Part shown: one piece after another, positions 43,697 to 55,000 of the stretch
How the letters are laid out: every line of letters starts with the position of its first letter
Numbering within the stretch: position 1 is the first letter of the stretch
Origin: Fervidobacterium sp.
Lineage (GTDB): Bacteria > Thermotogota > Thermotogae > Thermotogales > Fervidobacteriaceae
DNA: 64,000 nt
Assembly: GCA_049970055.1 (NCBI GenBank)
Contig: JBMFNR010000001.1
Span: 544,001 to 608,000, forward strand
Reading direction: 5' to 3'
Notes under the pieces: model-generated
Database searches by the model: none
The model's input: the letters and a program-made list of their open reading frames with translations, nothing else
What the model was told of the DNA's origin: nothing
Program-made: the position numbers and the translations under genes

Positions 43697-45595
43697 TCAT
43701 GCATCTACTATCGCACCGAGGAACTGACTTTTGTACATATCTGCGTAGAAGCCACCCTTTTTAAGTAGTTCTTTGTGTTTACCAATTTCTATTATATTTC
43801 CTTCATTCATGACTAGTATTATATCCGCATCGCGTATTGTCGAAAGCCTATGTGCAATAACAAACGTGGTTCTCCCTTTCATTAGATCTGCCATTGCGCG
43901 TTGGATATATATTTCAGTTAACGTATCAACGTTACTTGTAGCCTCATCTAAGATCAATATATCTGGATCTGCTAAGAACGCTCTTGCAATCGTTATGAGT
44001 TGCTTTTCACCTTGCGAAATATTCGATGAGTCCTCTCCAATTAACGTATCATAACCATCCGGCATGCCCATTATAAAATGATGGATATATGCCATCTTCG
44101 CTGCTCTTATTATCTCTTCTTGTGTTGCATTTTCCTTACCGTAAGCTATGTTTTCTTTTATTGTTCCTGAGAAAAGCCATGTGTCTTGTAATACCATACC
44201 AAAATGCTTCCTGAGATTATACCGTTTTATATCTCTAATATCCACTCCGTCTACTTTTATACTTCCACCTTGAATTTCGTAGAATCTCATGAGCAAGTTT
44301 ACTAGGGTTGTTTTCCCTGCTCCCGTTGGACCTACGATAGCAATTTTCTGACCGCTTTTAACATCGATATTCAAATTTTCAATGAGTGGCTTTTCTGGAA
44401 AGTAACTGAACTTTACGTTTTCAAATTTTACATTTCCGTTGACACTTTCAAGTTCTATTGCATTTTCTCTATCGGGTATTTCTTCTTTTTCTTTAAGTAT
44501 CTCAAAAACCCTTTCCGAGGCTGCAAGTGTTGACTGAATCATGTTAACGATGTTAGCGATTTGGACAATTGGTTGATTGAATTGCCTGGAATATTGTATA
44601 AATGCTTGAACATCACCTATTGTTATAGATTTCTTTGTTACTAAAATACCTCCTCCGACCGCCACAATTATATAGCCGAGGTTACCTATAAAATTCATTA
44701 CTGGCATTATGATTCCAGATATAAATTGAGCTTTTTTACTTTCTTTGTAAAGCTGCTCATTAACTTTAGTAAATTTTTCAAGTTCATCTTTTTCTCTACC
44801 GTACGCTTTGACAACTATGTGCCCTCCATAAACTTCTTCTACTTGTCCTGTAAGCATTCCAAGAAACTTCTGCTGTGCAGCAAAGTATTTTTGAGAATGT
44901 TTTGCAATAAAAATCGTTGCAAAAGCGCTTAATGGTAAGGTAATGAGCGTAAGCAATGTCAAATTGACGTTTATCGTTAGCATCATGTACGTTATTCCTA
45001 CTATTGTAACAATTCCTGATATAAATTGTGTTAAGCTCTGTTGGAGTGTGTTGCTTATCAAGTCAATATCGTTTGTTACACGACTGATTATATCACCATG
45101 CGAACGATGATCGTAAAAACTCAAAGGTAGCCTTTTTAGTTTGTCATTCACATCCTCTCTCATTTTTCTAGTAACTTTTTGTGTGATACCAGCCATCAGG
45201 TAACCTTGGAGGAAGTTCAAAACGGCAGAGATACCGTATAAGATTCCAACTGTTGTCAATATCCTAAAAATTTTGTCAAAATCCATCGAAGTTTTAAGAA
45301 AAGCAGAGAACGGAGTCTTTCTGATCATTACCACTCTGAAAATTTCTGTTGTTGCCTCACCCATAATCTTAGGTGCTTTTATTGAAAGTACCGTTGCTAC
45401 TATGGTTAATGCAAGCACGATTATTATCGCAAGAGCGTGCGGTTTAAGGTAGATCATTAACTTTTTCATTGCCTCTTTGAAATCCTTGGGTTTTTCCCCC
45501 CCTCTTGCAAAACTCGGCCCACCTTGTCCCATCAAGCCACGCCTTTGTTGTGAATTTTGAGTAGATATTTTCTGTTTATCTGTCATCTTGATCAC
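43697..45595 (-). CDS. Heterodimeric ABC exporter subunit (TM288-like)
   Basis: TMD, GPTGAGKT, degenerate ISQGE signature and canonical ILDEATS/IAHRL. Confidence 0.93.
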   Translation of the reverse strand: MIKMTDKQKISTQNSQQRRGLMGQGGPSFARGGEKPKDFKEAMKKLMIYLKPHALAIIIVLALTIVATVLSIKAPKIMGEATTEIFRVVMIRKTPFSAFLKTSMDFDKIFRILTTVGILYGISAVLNFLQGYLMAGITQKVTRKMREDVNDKLKRLPLSFYDHRSHGDIISRVTNDIDLISNTLQQSLTQFISGIVTIVGITYMMLTINVNLTLLTLITLPLSAFATIFIAKHSQKYFAAQQKFLGMLTGQVEEVYGGHIVVKAYGREKDELEKFTKVNEQLYKESKKAQFISGIIMPVMNFIGNLGYIIVAVGGGILVTKKSITIGDVQAFIQYSRQFNQPIVQIANIVNMIQSTLAASERVFEILKEKEEIPDRENAIELESVNGNVKFENVKFSYFPEKPLIENLNIDVKSGQKIAIVGPTGAGKTTLVNLLMRFYEIQGGSIKVDGVDIRDIKRYNLRKHFGMVLQDTWLFSGTIKENIAYGKENATQEEIIRAAKMAYIHHFIMGMPDGYDTLIGEDSSNISQGEKQLITIARAFLADPDILILDEATSNVDTLTEIYIQRAMADLMKGRTTFVIAHRLSTIRDADIILVMNEGNIIEIGKHKELLKKGGFYADMYKSQFLGAIVDA

Positions 45596-45596
45596 C

Positions 45597-47336
45597 TCAC
45601 AGGACTTCTTCTTTGGAAAGTTGAGAGTACACTATTTCTTTATAAACTTCGTTACTATTTAGTAATTCATCGTGCGTACCGATACCTACTATTTCGCCGT
45701 CTTTTAAAACAATTATTTGGTCGGCGTGCATTATCGTTGCAACACGTTGAGCTACAATTATTACGGTTGAATCTCTGGTTTCTTTGAAAAGTTTAGCTCT
45801 CACCTTAGCGTCTGTCCTAAAATCAAGTGCACTGAAGGTATCATCAAAGAGGTATATCCTTGGCTTCCCAGCGATAGTGCGTGCGATGGATATTCTTTGC
45901 TTTTGACCACCTGAGAGGTTCAATCCTGCTTGATCTATGTGATAATCTAAACCTTCTGGGTATTTTTGAGAGAATTCTAATACCTGAGCAATGTCAGCTG
46001 CATGCTCAACCATCTCGTCCGTAATCCATTCACGACCAAATTTTATATTCTCTCGTATCGTTCCAGAAAAAATAACTGCTTTTTGCGTTGCGTAACCTAT
46101 ATTTCTTTTCATGATTTCAAAAGGAATTTTCCTCACATCGATACCATCGATCATGATATTGCCAGAAGTCACATCATAAAATCTAACAATGAGGTTCAAA
46201 AGTGTAGATTTTCCCGAACCTGTTGCACCTATTATAGCAGTTATCTTTCCGGGTAAGGCTGTAAACGAAATACCTTTCAAGACAGGCTCAGCTGCGCCCG
46301 GGTAGGAAAAAGTAACATTGTTAAATTCAATCTCTCCGTTAATATCACTTTCGCCTTGAAAGACAGGAAAAAGAGTGTTCTTTTCTGGTTCTTTGATTTT
46401 CGGTTCGGTTGTTAAAACTTCTCTTATTCTTTGATTTGAAACACTTGCGCGTGGAAGAAAGATGAATATAACGGAAATCATTATAAATGAGAACATTATT
46501 TGCATCACATACTGCATGACAGCCATCATTTGGCCGATTTGTAATGTACCGGCATCGATCTGTTTTGCACCAAACCAAATTATTGCTATTATTGTAAAAT
46601 TCATCACTATCATCATGTAAGGGAAAAGTAACGATGCAACCCTATTAACAATTAAAGAAGTTCTTGTAAGGTCGTCGTTTGCTTGCTTAAAACGTTCTCT
46701 TTCTTTGTCTTCTTTATTAAAAGCTCTTATTACCCTTATACCCGTTACCCTTTCTCTGACAATTAAGTTCAATTTGTCTATCTTTTTTTGCATGCTTTTG
46801 AAAAGTGGAGCGACTATCCAAGCTATGATTCCAAGCCCTGCCAACATTACGGGAACGGATACGAGCAGAATACTTGTGAGTTTGGCATCCTTTTGGACTG
46901 CCATTATAATTCCTCCAACCGCCATGACTGGTGCCATTACAACCATTCTGAGAATCATGACGGTAGCTTGTTGTATTTGTGTTACATCATTTGTTGTTCT
47001 TGTGATTAAGGAAGAAGTGCTGAATTTGTTCATTTCTTCTAAGTAGAAAGATTCAACCTTTTTGAAAATAGCTTCTCTCAGGTCTTTGCCAAGCCCCATG
47101 CTTACAATCGAAGACGTGTAACTTGCCAAAATAGCTGCAAGGACACTAAAAAAGGAAACTAGGAGCATCTTACTTCCAATTTGCCAGATATAATTCGTAT
47201 CACCTTTTGTTACACCTTTGTCTATAATATCCGACATCAGATCAGGAAGATACAATGAGATGATAGATTGAACAACCACAAGTAATACAGTTATGACGAT
47301 CAATAACCAGTATTTTTTGAGATATTTTCCTAGCAC
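45597..47336 (-). CDS. Heterodimeric ABC exporter subunit (TM287-like)
   Basis: TMD, GATGSGKS, LSGGQ, degenerate Walker B (FDD) and switch (AQR). Confidence 0.93.
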   Translation of the reverse strand: MLGKYLKKYWLLIVITVLLVVVQSIISLYLPDLMSDIIDKGVTKGDTNYIWQIGSKMLLVSFFSVLAAILASYTSSIVSMGLGKDLREAIFKKVESFYLEEMNKFSTSSLITRTTNDVTQIQQATVMILRMVVMAPVMAVGGIIMAVQKDAKLTSILLVSVPVMLAGLGIIAWIVAPLFKSMQKKIDKLNLIVRERVTGIRVIRAFNKEDKERERFKQANDDLTRTSLIVNRVASLLFPYMMIVMNFTIIAIIWFGAKQIDAGTLQIGQMMAVMQYVMQIMFSFIMISVIFIFLPRASVSNQRIREVLTTEPKIKEPEKNTLFPVFQGESDINGEIEFNNVTFSYPGAAEPVLKGISFTALPGKITAIIGATGSGKSTLLNLIVRFYDVTSGNIMIDGIDVRKIPFEIMKRNIGYATQKAVIFSGTIRENIKFGREWITDEMVEHAADIAQVLEFSQKYPEGLDYHIDQAGLNLSGGQKQRISIARTIAGKPRIYLFDDTFSALDFRTDAKVRAKLFKETRDSTVIIVAQRVATIMHADQIIVLKDGEIVGIGTHDELLNSNEVYKEIVYSQLSKEEVL

Positions 47337-47794
47337 TCTAAATCACGCTCCTTTTGAAAGTATTCGTCAATTAACCTTTTTTCTATTTTATTCAAAATGT
47401 TTCCCAAATTTTCTATTTCTTCATCCGTAATAGCTGAAAGTATATTCCTTTCTAAATTATCTACTATCTCCCTAACATGTTGAAGTACATTTTGTGCCTT
47501 CTGGGTTAGATATACGTGCAAGATTCGTCTATCTTTTTCATCAGCTTCTCGATAAATAAAACCGTTTTTCTCCATACGCTTTAGCATCACCGCGACTGTT
47601 CCTGGTTCAATATTTAAAGTGTCAGCAATTTCACGTTGGTTGATACCAGGTTTACGATTTATGATAAAAAGCATAGGTATCTGCCCAGGGTGAATTCCAA
47701 ATTCTTTTGATATTTTTTCATGAATAATCTTGAAAATCGCTCTTTGAAGCTTGTTTAGAGAGTAAATAAGACCTTTGTGATAACCATCAAACAT
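47330..47794 (-). CDS. MarR-family regulator
   Basis: QREIA...LKRMEKNGFI-x-R...DRR...LT. Confidence 0.92.
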   Translation of the reverse strand: MFDGYHKGLIYSLNKLQRAIFKIIHEKISKEFGIHPGQIPMLFIINRKPGINQREIADTLNIEPGTVAVMLKRMEKNGFIYREADEKDRRILHVYLTQKAQNVLQHVREIVDNLERNILSAITDEEIENLGNILNKIEKRLIDEYFQKERDLEC

Positions 47795-47870
47795 AGTTTC
47801 ATCCCTTTCTGTCTCAGTATCGTTTTTGGCATAGTTTCATATAGTTTCATGTATAATAATTATATGTCTC

Positions 47871-47898
47871 ATTATAATACGTATAACTATTTTGTCAA
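47871..47898 (-). promoter_or_regulatory. sigma70 promoter of the marR-ABC operon
   Basis: TTGACA-16 nt-TATAAT on the minus strand. Confidence 0.75.
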
Positions 47899-47968
47899 TG
47901 CCAGGAAATTGCTGGTATTTATTCGAATGTTATGGTATAATTTATCTGAAGTTAATTAATTTGATGGA

Positions 47969-48469
47969 GTGTTCGTTATGCTTAAGTTCTTAAAAAGTGA
48001 AAGAGTTTGGATTGCTATAATCGGTTTAATAGCTTTGACTTTTCTAATTCTGTCCCTTTCAGGTTTGAAAAGGGTGTTTTTTATTGTGCGTGATATTAGG
48101 TTAAATCTCGATGTTACCGAGGTTAAAGTAAATGGTATAAATCTGGAAATCAAATCTAAGCTGTCAATGAGTTTTCCAAAGAATGACGAAGGTTTAGCAC
48201 AAAATACTGACATAGAAATTGTACAGATAAAAGTGTTTGATGATGGTGGCAATTACTTGGGTTCATGGAATGGTAATGTTCAAAGGGAAGGTAATGGAAA
48301 GTACGTATTGAACTTTTCTTTTTCTGATGTAAAAATATTTGAAGAAAATAAGGAACTTGATAAATTTAACATAGAAGGTTTTGCCAAGGTGAAGATGAAC
48401 GTTGGTAGGTATGGCTTAAAAATAAACGTTCCGCTGAAAGCCGAGGTGTCGAATTTTGGAAAGGACTAA
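47969..48469 (+). CDS. Membrane-anchored hypothetical protein
   Basis: N-terminal TM segment; start may be ATG 47978. Confidence 0.7.
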   Translation: MFVMLKFLKSERVWIAIIGLIALTFLILSLSGLKRVFFIVRDIRLNLDVTEVKVNGINLEIKSKLSMSFPKNDEGLAQNTDIEIVQIKVFDDGGNYLGSWNGNVQREGNGKYVLNFSFSDVKIFEENKELDKFNIEGFAKVKMNVGRYGLKINVPLKAEVSNFGKD

Positions 48470-49514
48470 TAATTTTCAAGAGGAATTGACAGAAAGAGTT
48501 GTTTCGCCTGAGCGTACCGGGTACGATACTTATTACCTAAGACCAAAGTTTCTTTCGGAATACATCGGTCAGGAAAATATAAAGCAAAGATTAAAACTTG
48601 CAATCCAAGCTTGTAAAATGCGTTCAGAACAACTGGATCACATACTTTTAGCAGGCCCTCCGGGGCTTGGCAAAACAACACTTGCGACAATAATTGCAAA
48701 TGAACTAAACGCTAACATACACATAACAAGTGGCCCCATACTTGAAAAGCAAGGCGACTTAGCCGCGATTCTTACAAACCTTGAAGCAGGTGATGTACTA
48801 TTTATAGATGAAATACATAGAATGAATAGAAATGTTGAAGAGATACTTTATTCAGCAATGGAAGATTATCAGATCGATATAATGATAGGCAAAGGGCCTG
48901 CTGCAAGATCTATAAGGGTAGACCTCCAACCTTTTACTCTAATTGGTGCGACAACACGCAGTGGGCTTTTGACTTCGCCACTTAGAAATAGGTTTGGTAT
49001 GATCTTTGAAATGAGTTTTTACACTAACGAAGAGTTGAAGCTTATAATCACACGAGCTGCACAGGTCATGGAAACAAATATAGACGACGACGCAGCACTT
49101 TCAATCGCTCAAAGGTCACGTGGTACGCCAAGAATTGCTATTCGGCTGTTGAAAAGAGTTCGTGACCTAAGTACGGTTAGAGGTTCTGAAAAGATAAATC
49201 TCTCTATGGTTAGCGAGGTGATGAATTTACTCGGTATTGACGAATATGGGCTTGATGAAATGGATAGGAAACTGCTAAAAATAATAATAGAAGTTTACAA
49301 GGGTGGTCCGGTTGGTTTGAAATCACTTGCAGCTTCGCTTGGTATTACAGAAGATACAATATCAGAAGTGTATGAACCATTCTTAGTCCAAAGTGGATTT
49401 ATTGCACGTAGCGCTAGAGGCAGAGTGGCAACGGAAAAGGCTTATAGGCACCTTGGTTATACTTTTCTATCTGGGGGACTGTTTGATGGAATTGATGATA
49501 AAAGAAAAATATGA
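48456..49514 (+). CDS. ruvB: Holliday junction helicase RuvB
   Basis: [27 protein letters not shown] and YEPFL motifs. Confidence 0.97.
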   Translation: MERTNNFQEELTERVVSPERTGYDTYYLRPKFLSEYIGQENIKQRLKLAIQACKMRSEQLDHILLAGPPGLGKTTLATIIANELNANIHITSGPILEKQGDLAAILTNLEAGDVLFIDEIHRMNRNVEEILYSAMEDYQIDIMIGKGPAARSIRVDLQPFTLIGATTRSGLLTSPLRNRFGMIFEMSFYTNEELKLIITRAAQVMETNIDDDAALSIAQRSRGTPRIAIRLLKRVRDLSTVRGSEKINLSMVSEVMNLLGIDEYGLDEMDRKLLKIIIEVYKGGPVGLKSLAASLGITEDTISEVYEPFLVQSGFIARSARGRVATEKAYRHLGYTFLSGGLFDGIDDKRKI

Positions 49515-50172
49515 GAATGTTTTGAGTACAATATTTATCAACGCTTCAAAAGCTGGTAGAAACCCATCGGACATTAAAGTTGTGGCCGTTACGAAGACTC
49601 ATCCTGTTGAGGTTATAAAAGCTGCTTACAGCGTAGGTTTAAGAATCTTTGGAGAGAACTACGCTCAGGAACTGAGGGATAAATCAAGGGAGCTGGATTA
49701 TCCTGATATAGAATGGCACTTCATAGGTAGGATTCAAACGAACAAATTGAAATACGTTGTACCGGTTGCTTATCTTATCCATTCTGTGCACAGACTTGAA
49801 GAGTTAGAAGAAATAAATAAGGTAGCTGGAAGAATTGGTAAAGTGCAAAAAATCTTGATAGAAGTAAATGTTTCTGGTGAGGAGACAAAAAGTGGTATTC
49901 ACCCAGATGAAGTTGAAAAACTGTTGGAAAGTGCACAACATTTTCAAAACGTTGAAATTGTAGGTTTAATGACCATGGCGCCGTATATTGAACCAGAGCA
50001 AACAAGAAAGTACTTCAGGATGTTGCGTGAACTTAGAGATGAGTTGTCAAGGAAATTTCCAAATTTAAAAGAACTTTCGATGGGAATGACTAACGATTAT
50101 CATGTGGCTGTTGAGGAAGGTAGTACTATTGTAAGGATTGGTACTGCTATATTTGGTGAAAGGGGGAAATAA
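49486..50172 (+). CDS. yggS: PLP homeostasis protein YggS
   Basis: [18 protein letters not shown]-x-x-QTNK, LSMGM and VRIGTAIFG motifs; start approximate. Confidence 0.94.
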   Translation: MELMIKEKYENVLSTIFINASKAGRNPSDIKVVAVTKTHPVEVIKAAYSVGLRIFGENYAQELRDKSRELDYPDIEWHFIGRIQTNKLKYVVPVAYLIHSVHRLEELEEINKVAGRIGKVQKILIEVNVSGEETKSGIHPDEVEKLLESAQHFQNVEIVGLMTMAPYIEPEQTRKYFRMLRELRDELSRKFPNLKELSMGMTNDYHVAVEEGSTIVRIGTAIFGERGK

Positions 50173-50174
50173 TT

Positions 50175-50471
50175 ATGTTCATACTTGGAAATTTCTTCTC
50201 AGCTATAGGCTATGTTTTAAGAGTGTTTATAAACTTTGAGATTACTATCATCATAATTAGTGCAATATTGAGTTGGATACCAGGTGTTTATTCATCTAGA
50301 ATATATCACGTTTTTAAGGAACTGGCAGAGCTAGTTGAAAGACCTTTAAGAAGGTATATACCACTTATCGGTTATTTAGACATAACACCATTCATAGCTA
50401 TTTTAGTTCTTATTTTTATAGATCGTTTCATAGCTCAGTCACTTATAGACCTCGGTTGGAGATTAAGATAA
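50175..50471 (+). CDS. yggT: YggT family membrane protein
   Basis: ILSWIP...PLRRYIP...LDITP. Confidence 0.88.
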   Translation: MFILGNFFSAIGYVLRVFINFEITIIIISAILSWIPGVYSSRIYHVFKELAELVERPLRRYIPLIGYLDITPFIAILVLIFIDRFIAQSLIDLGWRLR

Positions 50472-50474
50472 GTT

Positions 50475-51263
50475 ATGAAAATTGGGATTTTTTATAGGAC
50501 GGACTATGTTCAGTCGGCAAAGTTTGTTTTAGATACGTTGATTAAACAATTCGAAGTCAGACATTTCACAGATTCCTCAGTAATTTTTGATGAGGAAAAA
50601 TTTGATGTTGACATCACAATCGTTGTTGGCGGTGATGGAACAGTCCTGAGGACTTTGAAAAAGGTGAAAACACCTGTTATCGGTATTAAAGCAGGGCGCT
50701 TAGGATTTTTTTCAGGTTATTTACTCAACGAACTTGATAGATTGATAGAAGATTTGAAAAATAATAACTTTGCTGAAGATAAACGCTGGACACTCAGGAT
50801 AGAAACGAAAAAAAGTACATACTTTGCTATAAACGATGCTGTCTTTCAAAAAGATATCGAACAGAAAATATTAGACCTTGATGTTAAGATAACTGATGGG
50901 ACGTTCTTTTACCATGCTGATGGTTTGGTGATAAGCACTCCCACGGGTTCTTCTGCTTATGCATTAGCACTTGGAGGACCTATTATGCTTCCGAATGTAG
51001 AGGCTTTTGAGATAACGCCGATTGCCCCGCAGTTTTTGGCAACACGTAGCCTTGTCATTCCAAGTAGTGAGAAAATTTTTGTCAAATCAAGTGAAAACGC
51101 TAATTTGATAATAGATGGAGATTTAATTGAGAAGGTCAATGAATTTTACGTGCGTAAATGTACGAGGTTAGTAACTATTCTGAGACCCAAAAACTACGAT
51201 TTTTCAACTTCGATTAAAGAAAAAATTGGATACGGAAGAAAAGTTCTGGGAAATGGCGCATAA
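50475..51263 (+). CDS. nadK: NAD kinase
   Basis: GGDGT, GRLGF, ND and DGLVISTPTGSSAY motifs. Confidence 0.94.
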   Translation: MKIGIFYRTDYVQSAKFVLDTLIKQFEVRHFTDSSVIFDEEKFDVDITIVVGGDGTVLRTLKKVKTPVIGIKAGRLGFFSGYLLNELDRLIEDLKNNNFAEDKRWTLRIETKKSTYFAINDAVFQKDIEQKILDLDVKITDGTFFYHADGLVISTPTGSSAYALALGGPIMLPNVEAFEITPIAPQFLATRSLVIPSSEKIFVKSSENANLIIDGDLIEKVNEFYVRKCTRLVTILRPKNYDFSTSIKEKIGYGRKVLGNGA

Positions 51264-51283
51264 GGCCTATAAATGCAGATTAA

Positions 51284-52000
51284 GTGCAGAAGGTGAAACT
51301 AATGAAATGGATAGTGGAAAAAAGCATCGGTGAGTTAAAAAAAGCGGTAACAAAAGAAGCTTGGTATGTTGAAGACATTCTAAGGCTTACGAGTGAAGCA
51401 TTTAAGGAGCGTAAAATTGAAACCGCAAAGATAGTGGAGGAACGTTGTTGGGATGTCTATAACGAATACTTGAATATTGTAAGAGGTTCACAGATCATTG
51501 TGGGCACATGCAATCCTGAAGGATACGCTCTCCGATTTTTGTTCGGTTCGGTATTGGTTTCAAAGATCTTACTCGATGCTAGTTCTCGCCTTAAAGATAT
51601 TTCAGACGATATCAAAATGTTGGTTAAGGAACCTGAAATGAACCAGAGTGCAATGGTACCGGAAATGTTTTCGTTTGTCCAGAAGATGATGAGAAGAGCG
51701 CTAAGAGTATACGTTGACCAAAATATCGAGGGAGCTCAGGGGATATGTAGCCAAGACGCATTTATGGATGAAATGTTTTTGAAGTTTAAAGATGAAATAA
51801 TAACATTGATTCAGAATAACCCAAGGGTTGTAAAAAGAGGTCTATTGTTAATGGATATATCTAAAGCTCTTGAGGAAATTTGTGATTTTGCAGTTCAGAT
51901 TATAGAAATTACATTTTACATATTGACCGGCAAAAATTATACATGTTACGGACACCAGTTTCAACTATTTTCTGTTGATGTCTTTAAGAGTATGGATTAA
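51284..52000 (+). CDS. PhoU-like protein
   Basis: Duplicated helical repeat and a C-terminal KALEEICDFAVQIIE..FYILTG resembling PhoU. Confidence 0.7.
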   Translation: MQKVKLMKWIVEKSIGELKKAVTKEAWYVEDILRLTSEAFKERKIETAKIVEERCWDVYNEYLNIVRGSQIIVGTCNPEGYALRFLFGSVLVSKILLDASSRLKDISDDIKMLVKEPEMNQSAMVPEMFSFVQKMMRRALRVYVDQNIEGAQGICSQDAFMDEMFLKFKDEIITLIQNNPRVVKRGLLLMDISKALEEICDFAVQIIEITFYILTGKNYTCYGHQFQLFSVDVFKSMD

Positions 52001-52025
52001 GAACTAATGGACAGAATATCAAGGG

Positions 52026-55000
52026 GTGAACATTGTGCGCGTCCTTACAAGATATGTCCTAAAGCAATCTTTGAAACCGTTTGTCATGGGACTCGTGGGC
52101 TTCATAGTCTTTGTAAGTGTTGAATGGTTGTACCAAATCTCTGATTACATAATTAGAAATCGTGTTGGTATTGATAAATTACTCGTTTTCGTTATGTATA
52201 ATATCCCTTACTTTACTTTCCTCGGTATTCCTGTTGGGGTTCTCTTTTCGATATTCTGGGTTATAAGTGATATGTATAATAACAGAGAAATTACCGCCCT
52301 TTTAGTGCATGGAATAAGTTCAAAAAGCTTGGTTGTACCTTTTGTTATTTTAGCCTTAATTTTGGGTTTTTTTTCTTGGCTGCTTGGAGATTTTGTCGTT
52401 CCTACTGCCAATTACAAATCCTCACAGATATTGAATCAATACATATTTCAGTCCCCGGAAAGTATAGTTAAAACGAATACACTGGTGGAACTAGAAAAAG
52501 ATTTATATTTTTATGTAAAAGAATATAACAAGCAAAAAGGCGAGTTATACGATGTTGTGCTCTTCAGAAATGAAGAAGGAAATGAGCAAATCTTGACGGC
52601 AAAAAGAGTAGTAAAAATGAAAGATGGTTGGTTTCTATTAGACGGTTCTATGTACGTAGTTGAGTTGGAAAGTGGATTTCTAAAGCTTGAAATGCAATTT
52701 AAAGAGATGAAATTAGATGTTGCAGGAGAAATCGAAGAAATGCTAAGATCAGCCAAAACTACAAGAGATAAGACATCAAAGGAATTGAGAGAACAGTTGG
52801 AAACGTACAAAAAGCTTGGAATCAATACTGCAAATTTGGTTGTTGAACTCCAACAACGGTACGCAAATGCACTTGGTGCGTTGGTTATCGTATTAATTGG
52901 CTTGCCTGTTTCATTGCTTTTCGGATTCACAAGTAGGTCGTGGAGTATCATCGTTACGTTCATTATCGTTGTTTTGTATCAAGGTTCTGGTGCGTGGCTA
53001 TCTGGCATGGGCAAAGAAGGTTACATGGATCCAGTACTTGCAACATGGTTACCTAATATTGTTTTTACCATTGTTGGATCTATAATGTACATTCTAATTG
53101 ATACCCCCATAGCTTTTAGAGTGCGTGAATTTTTGACAAGGTTGTTCATCATTTTCATTATTTTGGCATCAGTAATAACTTTTACAAGCTCTACATCCTT
53201 TGCAGGCAATCAAATTTTTGTCAGATCACAGGATTTTTACGTTTCCGAGAGTATGGCGATTTTTAAAGGTACTGTTTCTTTCGCTTGGGATAACTATAAA
53301 CTGTATTGTGATGAAGCATCAGCAACAATAATTGATGGAAAAGTTAAATCGATTGAAGCGAGTGGTGACGTAAAGTTTTACGATAAGGATAGACTCTACC
53401 GTGCTAGAAATCTAAGGTACGATTTTGAATCGGAAAAGGCTTTGATGGTTCAGGCAAAAACAGTTTATAACTATAAATACAACAACAAGAATGTCCTAAT
53501 ATATGTTTATTCCTCAACGGTGGAGTACGATACTTCAAACTCTCTTGGCTTTCTTGAAAATTCCTATATAACAACTTGCGATTTTGAAGAGCCGCATTAT
53601 ATGATACTTTCATCGGAGATATATGTGCTTGAGAATAAATACATCATAGCCAAGAACTCTTTCCTTGTAGTCCTAGGGGTTCCTATTTTTCCCTATCCTT
53701 TGTATATCACAACACTTGAGGGGGTTCCTCCCTATTCATTCTCTATTTCATTTGGACAAACTTTGAATATTAGTCAAACTTTCAGTTTTTTGGTGAATGA
53801 TTGGGCAATTAGCATATCAACTGGATTTAACAATGTTTCTTTTAATTTCGAAGATACAAAAAATAAGCTTAACAAGTTAACTTACGATCAGGTTAAAAAG
53901 ACAATTGAATTCTCTTTAGCAACTTTTACATACAGATACAGCAACGGGATTGTTTATTATAAATACGATGGCCCCGTTTACCTGGAAGGTAACTATTACA
54001 ATGATAGTAACTACTACCAAAAGTTAGGAATTAACCTTCAAAATCAAAATGTTTATGTAAGGCCTTACATTATGTACGATGGAAAATTAAATGACACAGT
54101 AATATTACTTAACGGTGGTTTGAAAAATCTTTCTTTTAATTTATTCGCCGATAATATTCTAAATTTAACTGCGGTTGATAGTACCTATAAACTACAGACA
54201 GACGGCTACTTATTTGAGCAAGATAGTTCAAAAATTTGGTCGATGTACTATAAAACTTTGTATGATGTTTCTCTATCGAGTAAGTCAATAAATTATAACT
54301 TAAGCGTGAGCGGTAATGTGTACAAAAATGCTGAAAATAGAAACATATTGTACACCTTCCAATTTCCATGGAACTACAAAGACGGGCCATTTTCGCTTAA
54401 TTTTAATTACACGTTCTCGGTAAAAAGTTTTTACAATTACGCTAACAGCAAAGCAATACAATCTTTGGGAACAACCGATAAATATACCGTAATCGGAAAC
54501 TATTCATTTGGGCCATTTAAAACTTCTTTATCCTGGGATCAAACGTATAATTTTCTTGATGAATCAACAACAACGAATAAGAATCTCGTAAAAATATCAC
54601 TCGAATCAAATGCACAGGATATAGCTTTTTCCGTTAATAGGACCTGGGATGTTTTGAACGAGAAATTGTTGCCAGATAATCTTACATTGCGTTATAGTCA
54701 AGTTTTCAGTGGATTTGAATTTAATGGAAGCTTAACTACATCGTACGATAATACCTTAAAAAAAATTGGAAATGAAAATGTTTCGTTTGGTATTTCATGC
54801 AAACCTCTAACTTTAAGTTATACACTGCAATTTACTATTCAACCGGATAAACCTCTGGACGTGTTTGTACACACAATTAAGTACAGTAATCTTTCCATTA
54901 CAGCATACCAGCAAGCAGATTATGTTAAAAATTTAATAGCCTCGGGCAGCTTTAATCTTTTCGATTATAAATCGAATTTGAAACTGAACTATACAAAAAC

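Noticed and set aside
43697..47336. Degenerate ABC motifs as a sign of pseudogenisation
   Set aside because: The complementary degeneracy is the normal asymmetric-site pattern of heterodimeric exporters.
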